From the NCBI GenBank assembly GCA_964016885.1, contig OZ024761.1, forward strand, positions 15,562,001 through 15,626,000: DNA of 64,000 bases, in the 5' to 3' direction. Positions 40,766 to 53,442 of the stretch are shown in pieces. Source of the stretch: Eledone cirrhosa (lineage: Eukaryota). Under the pieces are notes generated by a model that did not search any database, had not been told where the DNA came from, and worked only from the letters and a program-made list of their open reading frames with translations. How positions within the stretch are numbered: position 1 is the stretch's first letter; the number at the start of each line of letters is the position of its first letter. The translations under genes were made by a program, and so were the position numbers.

Positions 40766-42563
40766 TTCAGCAAGAAAATATTAGATAAAATCATCCCACA
40801 ATTTAAGCACAAAATTTACCTTAACCAATGGGGAAATATGGGTGAGGTTATTGAATGGTTCAAGGGTATTAAAGAGTTTAAAAATAAAAAATGTATACAA
40901 TTTGATATCAATTCATACTACACCTCTATTTCCCCTATCCTATTAAATAAGGTTCTAATTATGGCCATGAACAATAGTGACCTGACTAGATCCCAAATTG
41001 ATGTGATACTTGCGGCCCGAAAAACCATAATTTCTTTTGAAGATCAATTATGGACCCGCAAGGATACGCATAACAACTTTGACATAACCATGGGATCTAG
41101 TGACTCGGCGCAGGTCACCGATTTGGTGGGCCTATACCTACTTAATGAAATCCACAAGAACCTACCTACCTCATGATGCGCTTCTTCTTATAGACTATAA
41201 AAAATTTAATATGGAAAAAACTAGGAAACAATTACACAAAATTTTCAAAAACTACAATTTAAGTATCACCCTAGATAAAAACACTAAAAACGTCAACTTC
41301 CTTGACGCTACCCTTAGCCTAGACTCTAGAATATACACACCCTATCATAAACCTAACGAAAAATTAATTTATGTGAACACCAACTTTAACCACCCTAAAT
41401 CCATATTAAACTCCATTGCCAAGGGAATATCTAATAGAATCTCTAATCTATCATATAATGAAACTATATTCAACAATAATTCACAATACTATAATGAGGC
41501 CTTAGCTAAATCAGGACATAAGAATGAGATTGAATTCCTACCTATAAAATCACATAGTTACAACATTATTTCTCATAATATGGCCACGAGGAAAAATAGT
41601 AAAAACAATAGCCAATATAACTCTAAGAAGAAGATTGATACCAAACTTAACTCGCACCAAAGTAAACACCGCAATAATAATACAAACAGGAATATAAATA
41701 CCTCAAAAAACAATACTATAAACAAAAGTGGGAGAACTAATACATTCTTCAATCCCCCTTTCAATCTAAACGTCTCTACCAACTTGCCTAAGGCTTTCTT
41801 TTCAATCTTAGAAAACAACTTCCCGACCGGCCACAAGTACTATAGCCTTATCAATAAAAATACAATTAAAATATCGTACTCCACCACACCTAACATAGTA
41901 TACCATATAGCTAGGAGTAATAAACGGAAGATTAATAGCTATTTCCAACTAATTAAAACACAACAGGAGGGAAACTTAGTACCTGTAAACAATGGTAGTA
42001 ATAATGGTAATAATGAAAATAGCACTAATGAAATCAATAACAATACGAATGATAGGCATCATTACCCTAGTGCTACCACTAGCAACCAGAATTCCTCACA
42101 ACATAGGAACCGGCAAGCTAACACCCAGAATAAATGTAACTGTAGAACTAATAGAACTTGCCCCTTAGGTAATAATTGCTTAACCAAAGACATCATCTAC
42201 TCATGCACCGTCAACGCAAACAACTCTTCTAAAACATATATAGGTTCTACTTCGAACAACTTCAAGACGAGATACAACTCGCACCTCTACTCTTTCAAAA
42301 CACTCAATCTAGCCAGCTCCACTTCTTTATCTAGCTACATACACTCTCTGAAAACTAGGAATAGACCATTTACACTGCAATGGGAAGTAGTAGGTAGGAC
42401 CTCATCGTATAGACCACCGAATAAATTGTGTAATCTCTGCCTTCTGGGGACCCATACTATAATCTTTTCGAAACTAGACCTCCTTAATAGAAAGTCAGAG
42501 ACATTTTCCTCGTGTTAACACCGGTACCGACACTCGTTCCATAACTTTAAACCTAGCTGTTAG
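40766..42563 (+). pseudogene. Penelope-like reverse transcriptase + C-terminal GIY-YIG endonuclease (frameshifted, premature stop)
   Basis: RT motifs QFDINSYYTSI, DITMGSSDSAQVTDLVG, VNFLDATL, YHKPN..NHP. The YxDD motif is destroyed at the frameshift near 41170. CNCR..CPLGNNCL..IIY..TYIGST..FKTRY.SH..CNLCL..LLNRKSE; TAA at 42516 interrupts the terminal C-x-H. Confidence 0.9.
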
Positions 42564-43872
42564 TATACAACAATGTCAGATTTGAATCCCCCACCACCAT
42601 TAACACTACACATCTAGGACTTAGCAGCATCCACAACCACAAAACCCCTCGACCAACTCTTTCCGCTACACAACTCCTTTTCATCTATAACCTTATGCTC
42701 TGCAATAACAGTTAGAATTGGACATAGAGTTGCCACCTTGTGATATAACTACAATAGATTAATTATATCATATGCAGTAATGGATATTTGGCACTTGGTA
42801 TGTAGAGACATTTAATGAAATGAGTGATGATGGACTATATGTGCATTTATGGTTGTATAAGTGAATGATTAAATTACACAACATAATATATACACTTATA
42901 ATTAAATATAAAATGTAATAGCATTCTACGTTAGGGATAATGTCATTGCACATGTAGCATATCTATTATGACATATTAACAGTTGTATGATCCTTCGTGA
43001 CATATACTTTGTCCAGGAATGAATAGATAACAATCTAAAGAAACCTTTAATGTATGATAGTAGAATACACTATATTTTAAAATCAGGCATAAATATACAG
43101 GGTTATGTGACAGAGATCCAATGGTATCACACTATATTGTGTATTAGAACATAGAATTTTAATAACTGAATTGAACTTAATTAAATAGTTACCTCCCCTT
43201 GCGCGTTAACTCCCCTTATTCACTTCCGGAAATTAACGATTGGCAATTTAACGGTGGATCAAATATAGTCTATGAATATGAATTCATTAAGACTAATTTA
43301 CAATCCATTGCTCTAACTAACTTAAAACACTCAATATAAACACCAAATAAAGTTCATTTCAACATATGTCATGGAAATGACTGCAAAAACTGTATGTTTC
43401 TCAACACACATTAATTCGAACACCATCAACAACCACCATAGACTCTAATACCTTAATATATTTACTTTAACTGCAGTATTTATTCATCTACTTATTCATC
43501 TATATGTGCATAATAGCTTTGCTTGTCTCCATCTCATGTATATGACTTAGGCAGTCACAATATCCACATGCCTGCATATGAATTGTTATCGCACTCTTCC
43601 TTTCTCAAAACTGCTTCCTCAATGCCTCTTTAATATTTGGACTGTTCCCTTGTTTTAACTGTTGCATGTATTCCACTCCGTGCTTTAGATTTTGATTTTG
43701 ATTTTAATTTTGAATTTGAACTTGAATGTTTGTACAATTATTGTACAATTCTCGTGAAATATATGTCACATCCATTCCACCCTGTAAATACGAAACTGTT
43801 GCTCACAACATCAATTTATATGTATCTATATTATTGTTCAGTTGAATAGGAGGTTAATTATATGTGAAAACA

Positions 43873-43931
43873 TTGATAACGCTCCGATGATTCCAAACGA
43901 GAGTTTGGAAGAAACGATTGTCAGCTATTAA
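43873..43931 (+). ncRNA. Hammerhead of the Penelope 3' pLTR (U4->C)
   Basis: gct-CCGATGA-ttccaaac-gaga-gtttggaa-GAAA-cgattg-TC-agc. Perfect 8-bp stem II with a GNRA loop. Confidence 0.75.
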
Positions 43932-44100
43932 ATGATTTGAACACAACTTTGATAATTGTATAATTAATTGATTTAACTGCTCTGTAAAACAACTGATGTT
44001 CATACACTGAGCTATTTCCTTTACTGGCAATAAGGTTATTAAAAAATTACTGACCTCCCTATTTGTGGTTGTTTATACTATATACATAACTACAAATATT

Positions 44101-44134
<34 letters not shown>

Positions 44135-44555
44135 TACCTATGTACATATATACATACATATATACATATATACAATCACGCACGCGTATACATGTGTATG
44201 TATGCATATATGTATGTATGTACATATGTATGTATGTGTATGTGTGTATGTATATATGTGTATGTGTGTATGTATATATGTGTATGTGTGTATGTATATA
44301 TGTGTGTGTGTGTATATGAGTATGTGTGTGTGTATGTGTATATGTATATATGAGTATATGTGTGTGTGTGTATGCGTGTGTATGCGTATGTGTATGTATT
44401 TGTGTATGTGTGTATGCGTGTGTATGCGTATGTGTATGTATTTGTGTGTGTATGTATGTATATATGAGTATGTGTGTGTATAGGTGTGTTTATGTGTGTG
44501 TGTGTATGTATATATGAGTATATGTGTGTGTGTATGTGTGTTTATGTGTGTGTGC

Positions 44556-44960
44556 CTTTGAGAAAAAGTGAGTGGAGCGTGCTGCTTTGAAGCGTTCATT
44601 ACGCAAGCAGGACGCAAGTGCAGCGCCTGCAAATATCCAGCAGGAATTAAGGTGCAATGTATGTGACCGATTTCTTTTCACAAGAGCCAAATTTGAGATG
44701 TTCTACTGCCATACACTCCAGGGTGCATTTGTAGTGAGTGTAGCTTAATTTGCAAGTCAGCAGATGGTCTGTCTAGACATGGTAGAATGCACGAAGACTC
44801 ACGCCAGCTGGTAATGCCAGGAGACAGACAGTTCAGGTGTCACATCTGTGAACGTACCTGCAAAACAAAAGCTGGTCTGAAAAGTCACTTTCGTGCACAT
44901 GACTGTGCAATGTTCAATGAAGGGATGGCACTCTTCTGATAAGAAGTAGCAATCAACATG
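44556..44960 (+). mobile_element. RTE-type LINE 3' end with tandem C2H2-like zinc fingers (degenerate)
   Basis: Manual translation ..LRCNVCDR.., CSECSLICKSADGLSRHGRMH, FRCHICERTCKTKAGLKSHFRAH, with frame disruptions. Confidence 0.55.
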
Positions 44961-45159
44961 TATTTATGTACATGTATGCATGTGTACCCTAGCGTCCCCT
45001 TTATTTACGTGTCCCAACGACTTTTTTTTAGCCGTTGCTCGCACCCACCTGAGGTATATGGCCTTTAATGCGACGAAATACCTACGACGGTTGGATGGCC
45101 ACTGATGAGGACAAACTTTTTCATATATATATATATATATATAGATGTACGTATATATT

Positions 45160-45343
45160 GTTTCTACTTTTTGGCACAAGGCCAGCAATTAACCAGTATA
45201 TTACTGGTACTTTATTTTATCGACCCCGTAAGGATGAAAGGCAAAGTTAACCACGGCGGGATTTGAACTCAGTCCGTAAAGGGACATAACTCTATGCTGG
45301 AAAGCATGGCGTCCGACTCTCTAGCGATTCTGCCAATCCACCG
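45160..45343 (-). mobile_element. tRNA-derived SINE (second family)
   Basis: Similar to 7683-7876. Confidence 0.75.
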
Positions 45344-45721
45344 TACGTATATATATATATGTGTTTGTTTGTGTGTATGTATATATGTACGTATGTATGT
45401 ATGTACGTACTTATCTATGCATGTGTGTTTGTTTGTGTGTATGTATATATGTACTTAGGTATTTGTGCGTGTGTATGTGTGTGTATGTATGTATATATGT
45501 GTGTATAAATGTACGTTTGTATGTATATATATGTACGTACGTATGCATATATATGTACGTATGTGTGTATATATCTGTGTGTGTGTGTGAATGTTTGTAC
45601 GAAGTACATACATATGTATATATGTACGTATGCATGTATATATGTGTATGTATATAAGTATCTATATATGTATATATGTATGTACGGACGTATGCATATG
45701 TGTACATATGTATCTATTTAA

Positions 45722-45762
<41 letters not shown>

Positions 45763-46031
45763 TATACATATATACATATATATATACATATATATATGCA
45801 TCTATATATGTATGTATATATATATGTAAGTATGTATACGTACATACATATATGTATACAGACGTACAGTAGTATGTATATATATACATACATGCACACA
45901 TATATACATGTACGTATGGGTTTACCGAACATTTATTATAATGTTCGGTTTGTTTGTAAACAAGCAGCCCGAATTAAGCCGCACAGTGTTCGGCAACCAT
46001 CGTCGCCCTTATTTTCAACACTGACAAAGGA

Positions 46032-46074
46032 ACGATGAACTAGTTTCAAGCTTATTAGCTATCGTCAGCATCGT
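46032..46074 (-). ncRNA. Type I hammerhead ribozyme near the centre of a ~1-kb palindrome
   Basis: Reverse complement: acgatg-CTGACGA-t-agct-aata-agct-t-GAAA-ctag-TT-catcgt. Confidence 0.8.
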
Positions 46075-46228
46075 ATACCTTCCTGTCAGATGATTGAACG
46101 ATAGATAATAAGCTTGAAACTAGTTCATCGTTCCTTTGTCAGTGTTGAAAAAAAGGGCGACGATGGTTGCCGAACACTGTGCGGCTTAATTCGGGCTGTT
46201 TTTTTACAAACAAACCGAACATTATAAT

Positions 46229-46451
46229 AAATGTTCGGTAAACCCATACGTACATGTATATATGTGTGCATGTATGTATATATATATACATACTACTGTA
46301 CGTCTGTATACATATATGTATGTACGTACGTATACATACTTACATATACATACATATATAGATGCATATATATATATGTATATATATATGTATATCTGTA
46401 TATATATATGTATATATATATATATGTATATATATATGTATATATGTACAT

Positions 46452-46507
<56 letters not shown>

Positions 46508-46850
46508 TTAAATAGATACATATGTACACACATACACACGTCCGTACATATATATATATACATATATAGATACTTATATACATACACATATATACATACA
46601 TACATGCATACGTACACTTATATACACATAAATGTTCGGTAAACCCATACGTACATGTATATATGTGTGCATGTATGTATATATATACATACTACTGTAA
46701 GTCTGTATACATATATGTATGTACGTACGTATACATACTTACATATACATACATATATAGATGCATATATATATATGTATATATATATGTATATCTGTAT
46801 ATATATATGTATATATATATATATGTATATATATATGTATATATGTACAT

Positions 46851-46908
<58 letters not shown>

Positions 46909-47140
46909 TTAAATAGATACATATGTACACACATACACACGTCCGTACATATATATATATACATATATAGATACTTATATACATACACATATATACATAC
47001 ATACATGCATACGTACACTTATATACACATAAATGTTCGGTAAACCCATACGTACATGTATATATGTGTGCATGTATGTATATATATACATACTACTGTA
47101 AGTCTGTATACATATATGTATGTACGTACGTATACATACT
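46229..47140. repeat. ~400-bp tandem repeat (about 2.3 copies) of the palindrome arm
   Basis: aaatgttcggtaaacccatacg at about 46229, 46630 and 47031. Confidence 0.8.
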
Positions 47141-47421
47141 AACATTTAAGTATCAGCTGTACTTAGAGTGAGAAATGAAATTTCATTTCATTCTTTTCCA
47201 TATATATATGTCCCAACCTCCAATGCTACGGTATATAAAAACCTCTGAATCTAGACAACAACGACGTTGATTCTGAGATGACATTCTTTAGGGAGTGTGA
47301 CAACTAATATTTAACATTACACACACACGTGTGTGTAATATATTTATATGTGTGAGTAAAAAATGTGAATATATATATTGTATATATATCCAAGCCCTGC
47401 CTTCATTGTTGGCATATATAT

Positions 47422-47464
<43 letters not shown>

Positions 47465-47632
47465 TCTATCCCCTGCCTTTATTGTTACCACATACAAACA
47501 TACATAGTTATCATTATATATATATATGTACATATATATATATATATATATATGTGTACATATATATATATTTATATATATATATATGTACATATATATG
47601 TGTATATATATATATATATATGTGTGTACATA

Positions 47633-47693
<61 letters not shown>

Positions 47694-47716
47694 ACATATA
47701 TATGTATATATATATA

Positions 47717-47773
<57 letters not shown>

Positions 47774-47989
47774 ACATATATATGTATATATATATATATA
47801 TATGTGTACATATATATGTATATATATATATATATGTGTGTACATATATATGTATCGATATATATATATGTACATATATAATATATATATGTACATATAT
47901 AATATATATATGTACATATATAATATATATATGTACATATATAATATATATATGTACATATATAATATATACATGTACATATATATATT

Positions 47990-48038
<49 letters not shown>

Positions 48039-48098
48039 ACATATATATGTATATATATATATATATATATGTACATATATAATATATATATGTACATA

Positions 48099-48137
<39 letters not shown>

Positions 48138-48202
48138 TATATATGTATATATAATATATATATAATATATGTACATATATAATATATATATGTACATATA
48201 TA

Positions 48203-48248
<46 letters not shown>

Positions 48249-48357
48249 TACTTCGGGAGGGTCATATTACCAGAATTAATAACAGAATTAATTACTCCCC
48301 AAGTATAACAATATTTGTTTCGACACACGATTTCATATAAAAAACCTCGCCGCTATA

Positions 48358-48399
<42 letters not shown>

Positions 48400-48674
48400 A
48401 TTATATATATATATAACGAAGGAAATGTGGTAAGGAACCAGGTGGACCATAATGCACCAAAGTACTCAATACTTAGGGTAGTAGAGTGGGTAATAGGAAC
48501 GAGTAGGACCCCGACGGCTGAGCTCAAGCCGTTTCGACGGCTAATTCTGGACTAAAATTTTTGTCCAGAATTAGCCGTCGAAACGGCATGAGCTCAGCCG
48601 TCGGGGTCCTACTCGTTCCTATATATATATATATATATATATTAACATCCATCGTTCCTATATATATATATGTG

Positions 48675-48717
<43 letters not shown>

Positions 48718-49242
48718 CATCCATACCATGCCTTCATTGTTACCATATATTGAAACACGTAGGAAGGAATGTTTGGTATTCTTCTAGAACATATTGTCTC
48801 GCTTTATTAATATTTCATACAGTTAAATGTGAACAATAGCGTCGGCTGTTAAATGTTTCTAATTGGTAAGTCAATGGTTCATTGTATTTCTGACGGCAAG
48901 TGTTATAAAGGAGTGTTAACACTTCGGTGTACCTCAAGGAATTTCATTCTTAAAGCACCGAAGTGGTTTCGGTTTTCTAGGTTTTGGGTTTGATTTTTAT
49001 TTATTTTTGTTTTGTTTTGTTCTGTTTTTGGGGTTTTTTTTGTATTTTGTAGTTGGGGGGGGGGGGGGGCTTTATATCTATCGTTGATATACATTGACGA
49101 TGCACACTTTCCCAGCCACTGATTTCCTGATGGAACTCTAAGTAGATGGGCGTCCTAACACCCGGTGGCTTTTGGGGCATTTAAACCTAGCAGAGCCCAT
49201 TCCCTCTCTAAATCTGGACTGATTTATTTCAGAGAAACAACT

Positions 49243-50035
49243 AGAGGGGTTGGCTGCTATTTCTAGCATTCTGGCCGTAGACATCTCGTATTTTAGACAC
49301 TGCTAATGACTGCATTAGCTCATGTGTATTTCCTTGTGTGATTTGAGGGATATTTGGCTGTTATTTCTAACATTCCAGCGGTGGACACCTTGTATTTTCG
49401 ACACTGCTACTGACTGTGTTAGCTCATATATATTTCCTTGAGTAATTCGAGGGATATTTGGCTGCTATGTCTAACATTCCAGCGGTAGACATCCCGTATT
49501 TTAGACACTGCTAATGATTGTATTAGCTCATATGTATTTCCTTGAAAACATGGATTGGCACAATCAAGTTGAGTCTGATAAAATGACAAGTCAGTCAATC
49601 ATATTGATGGCCTCCCATAGCCCCGGCGAACAGAATGGAAAAGGCGTTTCCCCCAGAGGACGGCAAGGGAGACCGCGCTGGAAAAGCCACTCCAACTCGC
49701 GAGGCTCACACCTGCGGCTGGCCAGTTCAGTGCCTATGGTGGTGAGTAGGGAGGTAGCCCTAGGGCCGAGGACACCAGAAGTCTCCACTGCCATGAGTAC
49801 AACCGCAAACCTGTCGGAGAGTGCCCGGTACTTGGAGAGTTTGGCCTCCTCAGCCCGACGTGCAGCAGAACCTGGGTTAGTCGCGCAGACTGCACCAGGT
49901 TGCAGCTGGAGAATATTTGTGTAATTCTAGGGATATTTGGCTGTTATGTCTAACATTCCAGCGGTGGACATCTCGTATTTTAGACACTGCTAATGACTGC
50001 ATTAGCTCATATGTATTTCCTTGTGTGATTCGAAG
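49243..50035. repeat. 104-bp tandem repeat interrupted by a LINE fragment
   Basis: gagggatatttggctg at 49345 and 49449, with further copies near 49243 and 49930. Confidence 0.75.
49670..49920 (-). mobile_element. CRE-like non-LTR retrotransposon restriction-like endonuclease fragment
   Basis: Minus-strand PGSAARRAEEAKLSKY..F..MAVETSGVLG..EPRELEWLFQR. A related 55-bp piece lies on plus at 50727-50782. Confidence 0.6.
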
Positions 50036-51044
50036 TAGACTCCACTGCTATTTCTAGCAGACACATCTACCACGTAGAGGCCTGCCATATTGATTGACTT
50101 GTGAAGAAGGTGTAGGTGGATGGTGTAGTGGGAGGTAGAGATAAAAACAGAGATTAATAATTTAAAGAAAGAAATAAGAAATAAGACTTTGTTACGAGAG
50201 CCCCGAAAAGTTGAAGTGGTTTGTGTTAATGACATCCAGATGAGAGGGGGGTGAGGGGCATGGGTGGGGGTAGCGGGGGGGGGAATAAAAACAGGGTCAA
50301 GCAAAAGGAGAAAGAGAGACAGGCTCAAAGCAAGGGAGAAAGAGAGAGAGTGATGAGAGACACAGAGGCAGACAGGGAGAAAAACAAACAGTTAGTGAGA
50401 GAGAGGGCGAGAGGGACAGAAAAAGATAAAGGAAGAGACGGTGTAACATATGTAGGCGCAGGTATGATATTTTGGAAATAAGTTGTAATACAGAGTGGTG
50501 GTGGTGGTAGTGGTGATGGTAGTGGTGGTGGTAGTGGTGGTGGTGGTGGTGGTGGTAGTGGTGGAGTTGGTGCGTTGCGTGTGTGTGTGTAAAAACTTTT
50601 AGTAAGTAAAAAATATATTTGTGCTGATATATATATAAACTATATCATAACTCAGCCTTACATTAGATCTTTTATGAATTTAATCTAATTGTATGATGCT
50701 CAAAAAAAAAATTAACGATTTTCTTCTGGTGTCCTTGGCCCTAAGACCACCTCCCTACTCACAACCATCGGCACGGAGTTGGAAAACAATGGAAATATGG
50801 ACAGTTCCATCTCATCAGTCAACCTCTGGATATCACTATGGTTTCGGTTCATTAAGGTTGATACCTTCATTCCAGTGCACATTGGGGACATAACAAGTTA
50901 TGCCTTTAGGTGAATTATACAAATATAGATGAAAAAGCATCCCAGGTGCATCAACTGACAAAGAAGGGAGATAATGATGCGCGAGGACTTAACCAAAGGA
51001 GAAAATTATATGAAAAGAGAAAAACAGTAAAATAGGAAAGAATA

Positions 51045-51232
51045 ATTGTTTCTACTTGTTGGCACAAGACCAGCAATTACCCCAGTGCATTACTGATGCT
51101 TTATTTTATCGACCCCGTAAGGATGAGAGGCAAAGCTAAACTCGGAGGGATATGAACTCAGAACGCAAAGGGCCATTACTCTATGCTGCAAAGCATGGTG
51201 TCTGACGCTCTACCGATACTGTCAATCCACCG
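51045..51232 (-). mobile_element. tRNA-derived SINE (second family)
   Basis: Similar to 7683-7876. Confidence 0.7.
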
Positions 51233-51499
51233 GACCGTAGTCCAACCTGCAGACAAAGAAGGTCACTGAGGCGTAGAAAAGGTATGAAGGAAGAATAGAA
51301 GAAGACGGGAAGGTATATAGGTTATTTGACAGCAAAGATGGGTTAGAGATGTTAGAGAGTTGAACTTTCTGGAGTCAGGAATAGAATTTTAGACATTACA
51401 CCGTGTAACGACAGGTTATTTCTCGTGTTTGTATATAGCAAACAACATTGACTCACTTATTCCTCTTGTTATGTGTCTGTGTGTGTGTATATGTGTGTA

Positions 51500-51586
<87 letters not shown>

Positions 51587-51920
51587 GCGTGTGCGTGTGA
51601 TAATTCAATTGATAGGTCGATTTTTTTTTTAGAAGAATCGGGTGTTAAACAAATAAGGGATTGAAATGTCTCCCAGAGCTTCAATTAATATACAAACTGA
51701 CTTATGTAATAATCCATTTAAAACAAGGACTTATTCTCGACATAATGTAAGCGAAGGAGTCAAGGGCAAATGGCTTTCGTATCAAACAACTTCCGGTAGA
51801 GACGAAGTTAAGTATTAAAGCTTCGTACTTTCATAGTTTCACACTTCCTGTAGCTTGAGCTGAATATAACTGTGTACACTTGTAAGGTTTAGGTTTGGCG
51901 CACACACATGTGTGTGTGCG

Positions 51921-51962
<42 letters not shown>

Positions 51963-52309
51963 CATACATATATATGTGTGTGCGCGCATATATATATATA
52001 CACACACACATACATATATGTGTGTGAGTGTGTGCGTGCGTGTGTGTGTCTTTTCTAGTTAGGTGCCCTCAAGAGGATAGAGAAGAGGCGCCTTTTAAAG
52101 TCTCTGGCTGAAGTTTAAGAGGGCTTAGGATGGTGTGATGGGTTGAAGGGGGCTTTCGGTGGTGTAGTGGTTGAGGTTAGAGTCGGGATGCTTGTTAGTG
52201 GATTTTTGGTGGTTGTGCTGGTGTTGTTGATAAAATTTAATTTTTTGTTTTTGAAACTACTTTTAGTCGTATGATTGTAATACCATCAACTCACACACAC
52301 ACACGTGAG

Positions 52310-52355
<46 letters not shown>

Positions 52356-52503
52356 AGTGTATGTGTGTGTGAGTGTGTGTGTGTGTATATATATAAGTAT
52401 ATATGTGTATATATACATGTGTGTGTATATATATGTATATATATGTGCGTGAACCTAATATAACTGAGTACAATAACCTCCTGTGTTTTCTTCGTTCATT
52501 TTC

Positions 52504-52557
<54 letters not shown>

Positions 52558-52560
<3 letters not shown>

Positions 52561-52885
52561 GAGGTTATATTTAATTTGTTGGGATTCAACAAGCTTAAAC
52601 ATTTTTTATAACTGATATAAAGCACTCATCAGATGTGGAGTAAATATACAATATATTAACAAATGGAAACTATATTTATAAAACCATATTTGTTTTATTA
52701 TACATATTTCAAGGGCCACCAAGGAAAATTATGGTGCGCTTTCATCAGATAAAATACAATTCAAATTAGTTTTATAAATAAATATTGACATACCCTGAAA
52801 AAAGACAACCTTTACGGTTGGAGCTTCCTGGATAGTCACTATAAAAATATGGTTTTATAAATATAGTTTCCATTTGTTAATATAT

Positions 52886-52888
<3 letters not shown>
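52558..52888. mobile_element. Family B element (HHR about 52692-52756 minus)
   Basis: Same family as 26478-26915. Confidence 0.75.
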
Positions 52889-52931
<43 letters not shown>

Positions 52932-53001
52932 TTTATCCCGGGTTCAATCGAGGGTAACAACAGTAAGCAAGGTACTCAATACAATATTTTAATAAATAAA
53001 A

Positions 53002-53052
53002 GGCTTCTACAGGACTAGAACTGTTTCATTCGGAAGAAATCATCAGGAAGCC
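53002..53052 (-). ncRNA. Type I hammerhead ribozyme (truncated relative at 30619-30662)
   Basis: Reverse complement: ggcttc-CTGATGA-tttcttccgaat-GAAA-cag-ttctagtc-ctg-TA-gaagcc. Confidence 0.8.
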
Positions 53053-53110
53053 TGATGATTTCTATCTCTCTGTCTCTCTCTCTATATATATATACATTAT
53101 ATATATATAC

Positions 53111-53165
<55 letters not shown>

Positions 53166-53394
53166 AGAGTCAGGACCCCGACGGCTGAGCTCCGGCCGTT
53201 TCGACAGCTAGATCCGAACTAACCCACCAATATTATTCCCGCCGTTCTAATACTTAGTTCTGATCTAGCTGTCGAAACGGCCAGAACTCAGCCGTCGGGG
53301 TCCTGAATCTTTTCATATTACCCACTCTACTACCCTAAGTATTGAGTACTCTGGTGCGTTATGGTCCACCTGGTATCTTACCACACCTTCTTTG

Positions 53395-53440
<46 letters not shown>

Positions 53441-53442
<2 letters not shown>

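Larger units (their letters stand above)
40766..44120 (+). mobile_element. 5'-truncated Penelope-like retroelement (possibly Nematis-type)
   Basis: RT + GIY-YIG coding region, long 3' UTR, hammerhead at 43873-43931, AT-rich tail into (ATT)n/(TA)n. Confidence 0.85.

Noticed and set aside
50783-51420. Possible old LINE APE/RT fragments on the minus strand
   Set aside because: Too degenerate to assign by eye.
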